From NCBI GenBank assembly GCA_937924855.1, contig CALEYQ010000001.1, forward strand, positions 65,060 to 129,059: a DNA stretch of 64,000 bases, given 5' to 3'. Of this stretch, positions 53,526-64,000 are shown piece after piece. A model generated the notes under the pieces. That model was given only the letters and a program-made list of their open reading frames with translations. It made no database searches and was not told the DNA's origin. The position numbers and the translations under genes were made by a program. Position 1 is the first letter of the stretch; every line of letters starts with the position of its first letter. Origin of the DNA: an uncultured Bacteroidota bacterium. GTDB taxonomy: Bacteria > Bacteroidota > Bacteroidia > JADZBD01.

Positions 53526-54158
53526 TTATTTTTCGCTTAAAATGTTTTCGATAGTTTTTATGCTGCTTTCGGTCAACACCAGTGAGCTGGCATTCAGAAT
53601 GTCGTAGGTGTTGAGGTCGTTGGCCATTACCACTTTGGTGCCTTTGATGTTGCGGCTGGAAAGCACCACGTTTTTACGCGATTCGTGAATAACTACCAGC
53701 GACTTTTTATTGTGCACTTCAAGGTTGCGCAGAATTTCCGCGTAGTTTTTTGTTTTGGGTGTATCCAGTTTTAGATCTTCCATGATATTGATGTCGTTTT
53801 CGCGGGCCTTATAAGACTGGGCCGATTTATTGGCCAGTTGCTTCACCTTTTGGTTAAGCTTGAAAGAGTAATCTTTGGGTCTTGGACCAAAAATCCGGCC
53901 TCCGCCGCGAAAGATTGGGTTTTTAATACTTCCTGCACGGGCACCGCCGGTTCCCTTCTGGCGCTTCAGCTTTTTGGTGCTGCCGGAAATTTCATTTCTT
54001 TCTTTGGATTTATGGGTTCCCTGACGCTGATTGGCCAGGTATTGCTTTACATCCAGGTAAATGGCGTGGTCGTTGGGTTCAATACCAAAAACTCCGGCAT
54101 CAAGGGTTACCTTTTTGCTGGTTTTTTTACCGTCTGTTTTAAAAACACTTAATTCCAT
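53526..54158 (-). CDS. rplD: 50S ribosomal protein L4
   Basis: …[23 protein letters not shown]… matches L4. Confidence 0.9.
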   Translation of the reverse strand: MELSVFKTDGKKTSKKVTLDAGVFGIEPNDHAIYLDVKQYLANQRQGTHKSKERNEISGSTKKLKRQKGTGGARAGSIKNPIFRGGGRIFGPRPKDYSFKLNQKVKQLANKSAQSYKARENDINIMEDLKLDTPKTKNYAEILRNLEVHNKKSLVVIHESRKNVVLSSRNIKGTKVVMANDLNTYDILNASSLVLTESSIKTIENILSEK

Positions 54159-54179
54159 GGTATGGATAATTTATTCCAA

Positions 54180-54797
54180 TTATTTTTCTACAAGTACAAA
54201 ACTTCCTCTTGATCCGGCAATGGATCCTTTTACAACCAGCAGGTTTTTTTCAGGGAAAACCTTAACAACTTCCAGGTTGATGTTTTTTACCCTTTTGCCA
54301 CCGGTTTGTCCGGCCATGCGCATTCCCTTACGCACACGGGCTGCGGTGGAAGCGGTTCCCAGAGAACCGGGTGCTCTTTCCCTGTCGTGCTGACCGTGGG
54401 TTTGTCCGCCAACTCCGGAAAATCCATGACGCTTAACAACGCCCTGGAATCCTTTTCCTTTGGAGGTTCCCACCACGTCAACGTATTCACCTTCCTTGAA
54501 AATTTCAACGGTTACCAGATCGCCGGGATTTTTGCTATCGGTAAAGCCTTTGAATTCGGCGAGTTTCCGCTTGGGGGTTGTGTTGACTTTCTTGAAGTGA
54601 TTAAGCATAGCACGGGAGGTGTGCTTTTCTTTTTTCTCTCCAAAGGCCAATTGAACGGCTTCATAGCCATCCTTATCCTTGGTTTTTACCTGAGTAACAA
54701 CACAGGGGCCGGCTTCAATGACGGTACAGGGAATGTATTTTCCCTCGGCATTAAAAATGCTGGTCATTCCGACTTTTTTTCCAATGATTCCTGACAT
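54180..54797 (-). CDS. rplC: 50S ribosomal protein L3
   Basis: [15 protein letters not shown]… matches L3. Start at the internal Met of the ORF-track entry. Confidence 0.9.
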   Translation of the reverse strand: MSGIIGKKVGMTSIFNAEGKYIPCTVIEAGPCVVTQVKTKDKDGYEAVQLAFGEKKEKHTSRAMLNHFKKVNTTPKRKLAEFKGFTDSKNPGDLVTVEIFKEGEYVDVVGTSKGKGFQGVVKRHGFSGVGGQTHGQHDRERAPGSLGTASTAARVRKGMRMAGQTGGKRVKNINLEVVKVFPEKNLLVVKGSIAGSRGSFVLVEK

Positions 54798-54828
54798 TAT
54801 ATTATATCTTAAATAGGACAAATAAGGT

Positions 54829-55134
54829 TTAAACTACTTTAATATCAACATCCACACCGCTGGGAAGTTCCAGTTTGGAAAGTGCATCAACGGTTTTGCT
54901 GTTGGCATAAATATCCAGCAGCCTTTTGTAGGAGCAAAGCTGAAATTGTTCACGTGCCTTTTTATTTACGTGGGGCGAACGCAACACGGTGTAAATCCTT
55001 TTGTGTGTAGGAAGTGGAATAGGACCACTTACCACAGCGCCGGTTTGTTTTACCGTTTTTACGATTTTTTCGGCGGATTTATCCACCAGGTTGAAATCGT
55101 AGGATTTTAATTTAATTCGAATCTTTTGGCTCAT
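54829..55134 (-). CDS. rpsJ: 30S ribosomal protein S10
   Basis: [13 protein letters not shown]… matches S10. Confidence 0.95.
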   Translation of the reverse strand: MSQKIRIKLKSYDFNLVDKSAEKIVKTVKQTGAVVSGPIPLPTHKRIYTVLRSPHVNKKAREQFQLCSYKRLLDIYANSKTVDALSKLELPSGVDVDIKVV

Positions 55135-55152
55135 GATTTCGGGTATGAGTGA

Positions 55153-57279
55153 TTATACTTTTTCAGCTTTTTTTCCGTTTACCTTGGCTACTACCTCATC
55201 GGTGATGTTTTTCGGAGTTTCTGCGTAGTGCGAAAATTCCATAGTAGAAGTGGCTCTTCCGGAAGTAATGGTTCTTAATTGAGTTACGTATCCAAACATT
55301 TCACCGAGTGGAACTTTGGCCTTAACCACCTGAGCAGTTCCGCGGCTGTCCATTCCTTCGATCTGACCGCGACGTTTGTTCAGGTCCCCCACCACATCTC
55401 CCATGTATTGTTCGGGCGTGATAACTTCCACTTTCATAATGGGCTCGAGAAGCACAGGCTTTGTTTTGGGCATGGCTTCACGATAAGCGGTTTTGGCGCA
55501 AATTTCGAACGACAATGAATCAGAGTCAACGGCGTGGTAAGAACCATCGATAAGAATTACTTTCATGCTTTGCAGGGGGAATCCGGCCAATACACCATTG
55601 GTCATGGATGCACGGAAACCTTTCTCTACGGCAGGAATAAATTCTTTTGGGATATTACCACCGGTAATCTGATTTACAAACTGTAGTCCGCCGTTTTTGT
55701 CGGTGGTTTCAAAGTCAGAATCAACGGGAGTGATCTTAAACTTAATATCGGCGAATTTACCGCGACCACCGGTTTGCTTTTTGTAAACTTCGCGGTGCTC
55801 AACAGTTCCGGTGAAGGATTCTTTGTAGTTAACCTGGGGAGCTCCCTGGTTTACTTCTACTTTGAATTCTCTTCTCAGACGGTCAACAATAATTTCAAGG
55901 TGTAATTCACCCATTCCGGAGATGATGGTTTGTCCGCTCTCTTCATCCGTTTTAACGCGGAAGGTAGGATCTTCTTCAGCCAGTTTCGCGAGTGAGTTAC
56001 CCAGTTTGTCAAGGTCGCCCTGTGTTTTTGGCTCAATGGCGATACCGATTACAGGCTCAGGGAAGTTCATGGCTTCGAGCACGATGGGTTTTGACTCATC
56101 GCAAAGGGTATCGCCGGTTTTAATGTCCTTGAATCCAACAGCAGCGCCGATGTCACCTGCTTCGATAGCATCGATGGCATTTTGTTTATTGGCATGCATC
56201 TGGAAAATACGGCTGATACGCTCTTTATTTCCGCTGCGGGTATTCAGTACATAGGAACCTGCTTCCAGACGGCCGGAATAGGCGCGGAAGAAGCACAGTC
56301 GGCCTACAAAGGGGTCGGTGGCAATTTTAAAAGCAAGGGCACAGAAAGGATCCTTGGCATCGGGTTTACGAATCACTTCTTCACCAGTATCGGGGTTGGT
56401 TCCCACAATATTGTCCTTGTCGAGGGGTGAAGGAAGAAGTTTCATTACATAGTCGAGCATGGTTTGCACGCCTTTGTTTTTGAAGGCTGATCCGCAAAGC
56501 ATGGGAACGATTTTGTTGGCCACACATGCTTTACGCAGGGCGGTAAGGATTTCGTCTTCGGAAATGGAGTTAGGGTCTTCAAAAAACTTCTCCATCAAAG
56601 AGTCATCAAATTCGGCAATGGATTCAAGGAGTTTTTCTCTCCAGTGTTTTGCTTCCTCCATTAATTCTTCGGGAATGGGAACTACTTCAAAGGTCATACC
56701 CATGTCTTGTTCGTTCCAAACAATTCCGCGGAAGTTAACGAGGTCAACCACACCTTTAAAATTTTCTTCAGAACCGAGGGGAAGCTGAAGGGGAACGGCG
56801 TTTCCTCCGAGCATTTCTTTTACCTGGTGAACGACATTCAGGAAGTCGGCACCGGCGCGGTCCATTTTATTTACAAAACCCAGACGGGTTACATTATAGT
56901 TATTGGCAAGTCTCCAGTTGGTTTCAGACTGGGGTTCAACACCGTCAACAGCTGAGAAAAGGAAAACAAGTCCGTCAAGTACCCGCAGGGAGCGGTTTAC
57001 CTCAACGGTAAAATCCACGTGACCGGGAGTGTCGATGATATTAACCTTGTATTTCTGTCCGTTGTAATTCCAGAAGCAGGTAGTAGCGGCAGAAGTAATG
57101 GTAATTCCCCTTTCCTGTTCCTGCACCATCCAGTCCATGGTAGCAGCTCCATCATGCACTTCACCAATTTTGTGATTTACACCGGTATAGTACAGAATCC
57201 TTTCGGTACAGGTAGTTTTACCCGCATCGATGTGTGCTGCGATTCCGATATTTCTGGTAAATTTTAAATCCGTTGCCAT
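55153..57279 (-). CDS. fusA: Elongation factor G
   Basis: 708 aa. G-domain motifs ([21 protein letters not shown]). Domains II-V. Confidence 0.95.
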   Translation of the reverse strand: MATDLKFTRNIGIAAHIDAGKTTCTERILYYTGVNHKIGEVHDGAATMDWMVQEQERGITITSAATTCFWNYNGQKYKVNIIDTPGHVDFTVEVNRSLRVLDGLVFLFSAVDGVEPQSETNWRLANNYNVTRLGFVNKMDRAGADFLNVVHQVKEMLGGNAVPLQLPLGSEENFKGVVDLVNFRGIVWNEQDMGMTFEVVPIPEELMEEAKHWREKLLESIAEFDDSLMEKFFEDPNSISEDEILTALRKACVANKIVPMLCGSAFKNKGVQTMLDYVMKLLPSPLDKDNIVGTNPDTGEEVIRKPDAKDPFCALAFKIATDPFVGRLCFFRAYSGRLEAGSYVLNTRSGNKERISRIFQMHANKQNAIDAIEAGDIGAAVGFKDIKTGDTLCDESKPIVLEAMNFPEPVIGIAIEPKTQGDLDKLGNSLAKLAEEDPTFRVKTDEESGQTIISGMGELHLEIIVDRLRREFKVEVNQGAPQVNYKESFTGTVEHREVYKKQTGGRGKFADIKFKITPVDSDFETTDKNGGLQFVNQITGGNIPKEFIPAVEKGFRASMTNGVLAGFPLQSMKVILIDGSYHAVDSDSLSFEICAKTAYREAMPKTKPVLLEPIMKVEVITPEQYMGDVVGDLNKRRGQIEGMDSRGTAQVVKAKVPLGEMFGYVTQLRTITSGRATSTMEFSHYAETPKNITDEVVAKVNGKKAEKV

Positions 57280-57301
57280 TTGCCTATTCCTCCGTTAATT
57301 A

Positions 57302-57769
57302 TTATAGTCTGAAATGCGAGTAAGCTTTGTTAGCCTCAGCCATTCTGTGGGTGTCTTCTTTCTTTTTAAATGCGGCACCTTCTTCTTTAGCAGCAGCAAT
57401 AATTTCGCCGGCCAGTTTCTGTGCCATTGATTTTTCATTGCGCAGGCGGGAGTAGGTAATAAGCCATTTAATGGAAAGTGCAATCTTTCTTTCGGGTCTT
57501 ACTTCCTGGGGAATCTGAAAGTTAGCACCACCCACGCGACGGGTTTTAACCTCTACGTTAGGTGTAACATTGTTCAGGGCCTTTTTCCAGGTTTCGAGAC
57601 CGTTTTGTCCGGTTTTTTCTTCTACAATGCTCAGGGCGTCGTAAAATGAATTAAAGGCTTTTCCTTTATTACCCGAATACATCATGTTATTCACAAAACG
57701 GGTAATGAGGGTGTCTCCGAATTTAGGATCCGGTAACAGGAAGCGTTTCTTAGCTCTTGCTTTTCTCAT
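57302..57769 (-). CDS. rpsG: 30S ribosomal protein S7
   Basis: [19 protein letters not shown]… matches S7. Confidence 0.95.
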   Translation of the reverse strand: MRKARAKKRFLLPDPKFGDTLITRFVNNMMYSGNKGKAFNSFYDALSIVEEKTGQNGLETWKKALNNVTPNVEVKTRRVGGANFQIPQEVRPERKIALSIKWLITYSRLRNEKSMAQKLAGEIIAAAKEEGAAFKKKEDTHRMAEANKAYSHFRL

Positions 57770-57832
57770 GTTTATCTAAAAAAAATATAATTCCTTACAG
57801 GGATTTGCCCATAGGCAAATCAGCCGATTTTA

Positions 57833-58228
57833 TTATTTTTTTGCCGCAGGAGCTCCAGCCTTAGGCTTTTTGGCTCCGTACTTACTCCTTCTTTGTCTTC
57901 TGCCTTCAACGCCGGCAGTGTCGAGGGTTCCTCTCACAATGTGGTAACGAACGCCGGGAAGGTCTTTAACCCTGCCCCCGCGAACGAGCACAATGGAGTG
58001 TTCCTGAAGGTTGTGTCCTTCCCCTGGAATGTAGGCAATAACCTCAGTTCCATTGGTAAGGCGCACTTTGGCAACTTTTCTTAACGCAGAGTTCGGCTTT
58101 TTTGGAGTGGTGGTATAAACGCGGGTGCAAACACCACGGCGTTGGGGACACGATTCCAGAGCCGCACTCTTACTGCGGTTGGGCAGCTTTTTACGTCCTT
58201 TGCGGACTAATTGCTGAATGGTTGGCAT
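57833..58228 (-). CDS. rpsL: 30S ribosomal protein S12 (with basic C-terminal tail)
   Basis: [14 protein letters not shown]…[19 protein letters not shown]… matches S12. Confidence 0.95.
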   Translation of the reverse strand: MPTIQQLVRKGRKKLPNRSKSAALESCPQRRGVCTRVYTTTPKKPNSALRKVAKVRLTNGTEVIAYIPGEGHNLQEHSIVLVRGGRVKDLPGVRYHIVRGTLDTAGVEGRRQRRSKYGAKKPKAGAPAAKK

Positions 58229-58272
58229 AATTACTTGAACTACTTGATATAACTGCGTTTACAATAAAAAAT

Positions 58273-58295
58273 GTCCCTCCTAAAAAATTAGGGAC
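58273..58295 (-). terminator. Possible terminator for the HD-domain gene, upstream of the rpsL promoter
   Basis: gtccct…agggac inverted repeat, followed on the minus strand by a T-rich tract. Confidence 0.35.
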
Positions 58296-58375
58296 GGCAA
58301 AGGTACAATTATTTTGTTACCAATAAAGGGTTTTGGAAAAAAACTTTTTTGGGAAACCGATCCGGCCCAAAAGGT

Positions 58376-59611
58376 TTAATCGCGGGGCTGGCAAAGGAAG
58401 TAGCGCTTCACGGTTCCTTCAAGTTTGGTCAGGTATTCCTGGTCGGTGGCCCGGGCTATGTCCTGCAAGCTCCCGTCTTTCATTAATATACTGATTCTAA
58501 ATCTGTTGGGTAGATAGGCGGAGTTCGAAACATGATCAGAAAACACGAAATACCCGATGTGGGCAGGGTCGACCCTGAGTTTTTTGCTGAATTTGGTTTT
58601 CAGGCGGTTTATTTTGCCGGGTTCAAAAGGCTTGTTTTGTAATTGCACCCTGTATAATCTTCTGTAAATTAGGTTTTTACAAAGCTCAGACAAAATATAG
58701 TCGGGATGGTTGGTCCACACTTTTATGGATGCCATTATGTCGTAATCATCCAATTGCAGAAAGTGGGTGAAAAAATCCGGTTCTGAGGAAAGCTCCTTTA
58801 CCCTGATATTTCGTTCGAAAAAGTACTTCAGGGAGGGGGTCATGAATAATTCCTGCCCTTCGAGGGATAATTCCCTTGCTCTTTTAAGAATGTTCACCAG
58901 TAATTGTTCAGCGGCCAGGACGGTTTTGTGCAGGTATACCTGCCAGTACATCAGTCGCCGGCTGATGATGAATTTTTCGATGGAATAGATGCCTTTTTCT
59001 TCGATTACCAGGTTGTCTTCAACCACATGCATCATTTTTACAATACGCTCCGAACTTATTACTCCCTCGGAAACACCGGTAAAAAAGCTATCCCGGTTCA
59101 GATAATCCAAACGGTCGAGATCGAGCTGGGAGGAAACCAATTGGTGGAAAAATTTCCGGGAATATTCATTCCGGAAAATTTTGAGGGCCAGATCAAGTTT
59201 TCCCTTGAATTCCCTGTTGAGTTCCTCCATAATAAGGAGCGACACCTCTTCATGGGCCGATTTTCCGGCGATGATGCTGTGTTCAAGGGCATGGCTGAAG
59301 GGGCCGTGGCCGATATCATGGAGCAAAATGGCAATAACCGCAGCCTCCTGTTCTTTTTCAGAAATTTTTACTCCTTTTAATTTCAGTACCTCTAGAGCTT
59401 CCATCATCAGGTGCATGGCCCCTAAAGCATGATGAAACCGGGAATGATTGGCTCCGGGATATACCAATGAGGTGAGGCCCAGTTGCCGAATCCTTCTGAG
59501 CCGCTGAAACCAGGGGTGTGAGATAAGCTCAAAAATCACCCCTTCCGGAAAACGGATAAATCCGTAAACGGGGTCGTTAAAGATTTTGGTTTTTTTCTTA
59601 TTGAACTTCAA
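58376..59611 (-). CDS. HD-domain phosphohydrolase (dGTPase-like)
   Basis: 411 aa. HD motif (RFHHALGAMHLMMEA…AILLHDIGHGPFSHALE). Confidence 0.75.
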   Translation of the reverse strand: MKFNKKKTKIFNDPVYGFIRFPEGVIFELISHPWFQRLRRIRQLGLTSLVYPGANHSRFHHALGAMHLMMEALEVLKLKGVKISEKEQEAAVIAILLHDIGHGPFSHALEHSIIAGKSAHEEVSLLIMEELNREFKGKLDLALKIFRNEYSRKFFHQLVSSQLDLDRLDYLNRDSFFTGVSEGVISSERIVKMMHVVEDNLVIEEKGIYSIEKFIISRRLMYWQVYLHKTVLAAEQLLVNILKRARELSLEGQELFMTPSLKYFFERNIRVKELSSEPDFFTHFLQLDDYDIMASIKVWTNHPDYILSELCKNLIYRRLYRVQLQNKPFEPGKINRLKTKFSKKLRVDPAHIGYFVFSDHVSNSAYLPNRFRISILMKDGSLQDIARATDQEYLTKLEGTVKRYFLCQPRD

Positions 59612-59733
59612 GGCTGCAAATTTAGGAATATTGGCGTGTGTGCCGATAAGGGTTTTCCCATTTCGGGGGAATTATTACATTTGCACCCGCAAAAATTAAG
59701 GAACTAATAATTAAGTAATTATAAAACAATAGT

Positions 59734-62436
59734 ATGAACGAATTAGTAATCTATCTGATCCCCTTGCTCGGATTTTTCGGGCTGGTGGTAATGGGTTTGA
59801 AATCTTCCTGGATTTCCCGTCAGGATGCCGGCGAAGCAAAGATGCAGGAACTGGCCGGTTATATTGCTGCCGGTGCCATTGCATTCCTGAAAGCAGAATG
59901 GAAGATCCTTGGGATTTTTGCAGCCATAACCGCCGTAATTCTGGGTTGGTCGGGTACCCTTATCGAGCATAGCTCTCCCATTATTGCCATTGCGTTTTTA
60001 ATCGGTGCAGTTTTTTCTGCCGTAGCCGGATATATAGGAATGAAGGTGGCAACCAAAGCCAATGTAAGAACTACTCAGGCTGCAAAAACTTCACTGGCGA
60101 AGGCCCTTCAGGTTTCCTTCACCGGAGGTACTGTAATGGGATTGGGAGTGGCAGGACTGGCGGTGCTTGGTTTGGGAGGTTTGTTTATTGCCTTTACCCA
60201 AATGTTTGTTTCCCCCGGCGATGCGGTTACCGGCGATTCCATGCGTAAAGCGATTGAGGTGCTGGCCGGTTTTTCACTGGGTGCAGAATCTATTGCTTTG
60301 TTTGCCCGTGTGGGTGGTGGAATTTATACAAAGGCCGCCGACGTGGGTGCCGACCTGGTAGGAAAAGTGGAAGCCGGAATTCCGGAGGATGATGTAAGAA
60401 ATCCTGCTACCATTGCGGATAACGTAGGTGATAACGTAGGTGATGTTGCGGGTATGGGAGCCGATCTTTTCGGTTCTTACGTTGCAACCATTCTGGCCAC
60501 TATGGTATTGGGACAGGAAGTAGCGGCCGAAGATAATTTTGGCGGACTCTCTCCTATATTACTTCCCATGGTTATTGCGGGTCTGGGTCTTGTTTTCTCG
60601 GTGGTGGGAACCTTTTTTGTGAGAATCAGTAAGGAAACCGATTCCGTTCAGAGAGCTTTAAATCTGGGTAATTGGTCTTCTATTATTTTCACTGCCATTG
60701 CTTCTTATTTTGTGGTGTACTGGATGCTTCCGGCGGAAGCAACTTTTGTAAGAGACGGAAGTATCATTACCCCCAAGGGCGTTTTTCTATCCATTGTTAC
60801 CGGTCTTGTGGTGGGAACCTTAATGTCTATGATTACAGAATATTATACCGCCATGGGTAAACGTCCTGTTAATTCCATTGTGAAACAATCAAGCACCGGG
60901 CATGCCACCAACATTATTGGCGGACTTGCGGTGGGTATGGAATCTAAGCTTGCACCCATGATTGTATTGGCCGCAGGTATTTATGTGTCTTATTGGTTTT
61001 CCGGCTTGTACGGTGTGTCTATTGCAGCTGCCGGAATGATGGCTACCACCGCTATGCAGCTTGCTATTGATGCTTTCGGGCCCATTGCAGACAATGCAGG
61101 TGGAATTGCAGAAATGAGTGGTCTTCCCAAGGAGGTGCGTCAGCGAACCGACAACCTCGATGCGGTAGGTAATACCACTGCAGCTACCGGAAAAGGATTT
61201 GCCATTGCTTCCGCTGCGCTCACTTCACTGGCTTTATTTGCCGCTTTCGTAGGTGTTGCCGGAATTAACCGAATTGATATTTACAAAGCCGAGGTGCTTG
61301 CCGGACTCTTTGTGGGAGCCGTAATTCCTTTTATCTTTTCTTCTCTGGCTATTGCAGCCGTTGGGAGAGCCGCTATGGCCATGGTAAATGAAGTGCGCCG
61401 TCAGTTCCGTGAAATTCCAGGAATCATGGAACATAAAGCCAAGCCGGAATATGAAAAATGCGTGGCTATTTCAACCCAGGCTTCCATTCGTGAAATGGTG
61501 GCTCCCGGTCTGATTGCCATTCTTACTCCGGTGCTGATTGGATTTTCTTTTGGTCCTGAAGTACTTGGAGGCCTGCTTGCCGGAGTTACCGTTTCAGGAG
61601 TTTTGATGGGCATGTTTCAAAGTAATGCCGGCGGTGCCTGGGACAATGCCAAAAAATCTTTCGAAAAAGGAGTGGAGATTGATGGTCAGATGTATTATAA
61701 GGGTAGTGAGCCCCACAAAGCAGCTGTAACCGGCGATACCGTTGGCGATCCTTTTAAAGACACCTCCGGTCCTTCGATGAATATTCTGATTAAACTTATG
61801 TCTATTGTATCCCTTGTAATTGCTCCGCATATTGCAATCAAGGGACTGGAAGATCATGGCGACCATGTTAAATCAACCATGCCCGTTTCGGAAAGTGTTT
61901 CTGATTTAAATGGTGTTTTTGAGTTTGACGCAAGCCATTCCTTCGTTGAGTTTAATATCCGCCACTGGTTATCTACCGCAAAAGGAACCATTGCCATTGA
62001 TTCCGGAAAATTGAATTTCCCCGGTTCTCTGAGTGATGCGGAGGTTAGTTTGTTCTTAAGTGTGAGAACCATCAAAACCCAAAATGAGGACCGCGATAAG
62101 CATTTGATGGCTCCCGATTATTTTTCTTCCGACAGTTTTCCAACCATCCGGTTTCTGGCAAAAGGAGTAGAAGAAGTTTCCGGAAATCCTGATTTCAGGT
62201 ATAGAACTACCGGAAATCTGCAGCTTCGGGGAATTTCCGCGCCGATCGTTGTTTACTTCAATTACCTGGGTGAAGCCAAACGGGAAGGAAAGCCAAGCAT
62301 TTTTGTTTTTGAAGGTGAATCCCGCCTCAACCGGATGGATTATAAAATAGGCAGAGAGAGTAAAGGAGTTGGAAGTGATGTAGTGATTAAATTCTCTGCA
62401 GAAACCCGAAAACAGGAACCCTCGGCAAATCCTTAA
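59734..62436 (+). CDS. hppA: Membrane pyrophosphate-energised ion pump (H+/Na+-PPase, K+-dependent-type signature) fused to a C-terminal YceI-like domain
   Basis: Residues 1 to about 700 contain PPase motifs (…[21 protein letters not shown]…, [29 protein letters not shown]). The C-terminal ~190 aa contains a YceI-like signature (…[24 protein letters not shown]…). One uninterrupted 900-aa ORF. Confidence 0.85.
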   Translation: MNELVIYLIPLLGFFGLVVMGLKSSWISRQDAGEAKMQELAGYIAAGAIAFLKAEWKILGIFAAITAVILGWSGTLIEHSSPIIAIAFLIGAVFSAVAGYIGMKVATKANVRTTQAAKTSLAKALQVSFTGGTVMGLGVAGLAVLGLGGLFIAFTQMFVSPGDAVTGDSMRKAIEVLAGFSLGAESIALFARVGGGIYTKAADVGADLVGKVEAGIPEDDVRNPATIADNVGDNVGDVAGMGADLFGSYVATILATMVLGQEVAAEDNFGGLSPILLPMVIAGLGLVFSVVGTFFVRISKETDSVQRALNLGNWSSIIFTAIASYFVVYWMLPAEATFVRDGSIITPKGVFLSIVTGLVVGTLMSMITEYYTAMGKRPVNSIVKQSSTGHATNIIGGLAVGMESKLAPMIVLAAGIYVSYWFSGLYGVSIAAAGMMATTAMQLAIDAFGPIADNAGGIAEMSGLPKEVRQRTDNLDAVGNTTAATGKGFAIASAALTSLALFAAFVGVAGINRIDIYKAEVLAGLFVGAVIPFIFSSLAIAAVGRAAMAMVNEVRRQFREIPGIMEHKAKPEYEKCVAISTQASIREMVAPGLIAILTPVLIGFSFGPEVLGGLLAGVTVSGVLMGMFQSNAGGAWDNAKKSFEKGVEIDGQMYYKGSEPHKAAVTGDTVGDPFKDTSGPSMNILIKLMSIVSLVIAPHIAIKGLEDHGDHVKSTMPVSESVSDLNGVFEFDASHSFVEFNIRHWLSTAKGTIAIDSGKLNFPGSLSDAEVSLFLSVRTIKTQNEDRDKHLMAPDYFSSDSFPTIRFLAKGVEEVSGNPDFRYRTTGNLQLRGISAPIVVYFNYLGEAKREGKPSIFVFEGESRLNRMDYKIGRESKGVGSDVVIKFSAETRKQEPSANP

Positions 62437-62440
62437 TATG

Positions 62441-62467
62441 AAAAACCGGCGAAAGCCGGTTTTTTTA
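62441..62467. terminator. Bidirectional rho-independent terminator
   Basis: A5 run, then ccggc-gaaa-gccgg hairpin, then T8 run, between convergent hppA and the 62470-62937 gene. Confidence 0.6.
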
Positions 62468-62469
62468 TG

Positions 62470-62937
62470 CTATTTGGGACCTGTGCCGGAATTTTGATTC
62501 TGCTTGGGAGGTTCGTTTTTCTTTTTGTTTTCCTCGCTTCCCTCTTCATTTATGGAGAGGTTCTTTTTGGTGCCGTTGGGGTCAATGAGATTTCCTCCGG
62601 TGTTGGGGGTTGTTTTGGATGATCCGGGCTGGTTGTTACCCTTGGAATCTTTTATAAAATCAAGGGTTTTTTTTCCGCCTCCTTTTTTCTTTTCTTCATC
62701 TCCCTCCTCACCAATGGAAAGCTTGTCGGAATGCGGAGCGGGAGAACTTGGTTTTTTAATAGTAGTGTCCTGAGGCTCAGGGTTTGTGGTTTTAGGTTCT
62801 TCGGGTTTTGGCTCGTTAACGGTTTTTTTTATCAATTCCTTGCCGTCGATGTTTTTCCGTAAATCGCCGAGTTTCTGGGCGAATCCGGTTCCCACCGAAA
62901 AAAACAAAACAATACTAAGGGTAAATAATAATTTCAT
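62470..62937 (-). CDS. Small secreted low-complexity (K/P/E/N-rich) protein, paralog A
   Basis: Signal peptide (MKLLFTLSIVLFFSVGTGFAQ). Predicted disordered. Carries LSIGEEGDEEKKK and LSINEEGSEENKKK motifs. Confidence 0.5.
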   Translation of the reverse strand: MKLLFTLSIVLFFSVGTGFAQKLGDLRKNIDGKELIKKTVNEPKPEEPKTTNPEPQDTTIKKPSSPAPHSDKLSIGEEGDEEKKKGGGKKTLDFIKDSKGNNQPGSSKTTPNTGGNLIDPNGTKKNLSINEEGSEENKKKNEPPKQNQNSGTGPK

Positions 62938-62938
62938 T

Positions 62939-63280
62939 TTATTCAGGCTTTTTGTCCTGGGTTTTAGGTTTTACACCTGTTTCAGGTTTTACGGATTTTG
63001 TTTTTGGTTCTTTGGAGTCACCTTCTTCGTTGATGGAGATCCGCTCCGTTTTCTGAGGAACTCCGGATGACTTTTTCGACCTTTCGGGGCTGTTCTTCTC
63101 GGGAACAACTTTTACATCTTTTCCGGTCTCATTGGAGGTGGGAGGAGCATCCTTGGCTCGGTCAGGGCTAACCACTGTTTTCGGTTTGGTTACCGAGTTG
63201 TCTGGTTTTTCCTGCGCTATGGAAGTGGAAGAAAAGCCCAGAAAAAAGAACAAGGAAAGGAGTGAGGTAATTGATTTCAT
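62939..63280 (-). CDS. Small secreted low-complexity protein, paralog B
   Basis: Signal peptide (MKSITSLLSLFFFLGFSSTSIAQ). Carries ISINEEGDSKEPK, the same motif as paralog A. Only 1 nt separates the two genes. Confidence 0.5.
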   Translation of the reverse strand: MKSITSLLSLFFFLGFSSTSIAQEKPDNSVTKPKTVVSPDRAKDAPPTSNETGKDVKVVPEKNSPERSKKSSGVPQKTERISINEEGDSKEPKTKSVKPETGVKPKTQDKKPE

Positions 63281-63377
63281 GATTTGAAATTTATTGTGTT
63301 ATGAACAAATTTAGTGCCAGTTTGTATTGTATCAAATGTACACCATAAATTCAGGAAATAAAAAAAAGCAGAGTTCT

Positions 63378-64000
63378 TTATTTTAACAACTCAAGGGCTT
63401 CCTGTGTGGAAATAAGTTGTTTGTCGTAGTAGGAAACCACAAAGGCGTCGTCGATATTGTACTTTTTGATAATCTCATCACGGAAAAGGGTGGCCTCCTT
63501 GTAAGTTTTAAAGGACCCTGCGGTATATTGGGTCATTCCCGACAAAGTGGTAATGGTACTTACACCTTTTATTTTAGAAATTTTGGACTTAAATTCTTCC
63601 GGCGGATCATTTTTGAACACCCCCAACTGAATTTTAAATTCCAGCTTATCCTTATCGCGGTTTTCAATAACCGGATTTGATTTGTTTTCGTTAATGGATT
63701 GTTGCTGGGTGGTTTCCGTAATTCCGGCCTGTTCCAACGGAACTCTTTTTCCGTCCTTGTAGGCCACGATGAAGGCATCTTTATAGCCCAACTGAACCAT
63801 TTGTTTTCTTAGATCGGATGCCTTGTTGAATTCTGAGAAACTTCCGGTCAGGTATTTATAATATCCATCTTCGGTTTTCAGGCTTACCACATTTGGCACA
63901 TCCCGGAAAGTTCCGGTTGGAATTTTATTGATAAAGGCTCCCACCTGCACCCTGAAAACAACCCCGGGGGCAATAGTATTTCCGGTATTATTTCCGGTAT
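63378..64000 (-). CDS. SPOR-domain (peptidoglycan-binding) protein, N-terminally truncated by window end
   Basis: Two SPOR-like units (FRVQVGAF… and FKIQLGVFKN…). The reading frame stays open past 63950 to the window end. The upstream codons give …FRVQVGAF. Confidence 0.7.
   Translation of the reverse strand, partial: TGNNTGNTIAPGVVFRVQVGAFINKIPTGTFRDVPNVVSLKTEDGYYKYLTGSFSEFNKASDLRKQMVQLGYKDAFIVAYKDGKRVPLEQAGITETTQQQSINENKSNPVIENRDKDKLEFKIQLGVFKNDPPEEFKSKISKIKGVSTITTLSGMTQYTAGSFKTYKEATLFRDEIIKKYNIDDAFVVSYYDKQLISTQEALELLK

Noticed and set aside
40200-58230. Ribosomal cluster lacks tuf between fusA and rpsJ and is followed directly by carA
   Set aside because: This is the normal arrangement in Bacteroidetes, where tuf sits with secE-nusG elsewhere. 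Not anomalous.

Overview
This 64-kb window looks like a chromosomal segment from a Bacteroidetes-type bacterium. No rRNA, tRNA, CRISPR array or mobile element was seen. The assignment rests on three things seen in the sequence: Lys/Ala-rich C-terminal tails on L17 and S12, TAnnTTTG -7 motifs upstream of genes, and a gene order running fusA-rpsJ with no tuf through rplQ. Coding density is high. The second half (40.2-58.2 kb, minus strand) is one contiguous str-S10-spc-alpha ribosomal-protein supercluster: rpsL-rpsG-fusA-rpsJ-rplCDWB-rpsS-rplV-rpsC-rplP-rpmC-rpsQ-rplNXE-rpsNH-rplFR-rpsE-rpmD-rplO-secY-map-infA-rpmJ-rpsMKD-rpoA-rplQ. The first half holds housekeeping genes (gyrB, hutH, hisS, ettA, trmH-like, ubiA-like, terC, padR with a pspC-domain gene, mtgA, purL, carA, an APC permease, amidohydrolase, SDRs) interspersed with accessory-looking genes. 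The most unusual loci are these. (1) Two adjacent, separately transcribed paralogous secreted proteins at 5.3-9.3 kb. Each has a conserved N-terminal domain, a long collagen-like Gly-X-Y (GPT/GAT/GAN) triple-helix region with near-perfect 36-bp tandem repeats, Gly-rich beta-solenoid-like repeats and a conserved C-terminal globular domain. (2) An 879-aa protein with an internally duplicated N-terminal domain of unknown function fused to two CbbX/SpoVK-type AAA+ modules, next to a secreted LRR protein and a small OM protein. (3) An H+-pyrophosphatase fused in frame to a C-terminal YceI-like domain. (4) An SDR gene interrupted by a single in-frame TAA. (5) An A17 homopolymer inside a HisKA_2 sensor kinase gene. 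(6) Two small paralogous low-complexity secreted proteins sharing an (L/I)SI(N/G)EEG motif beside a SPOR-domain gene.
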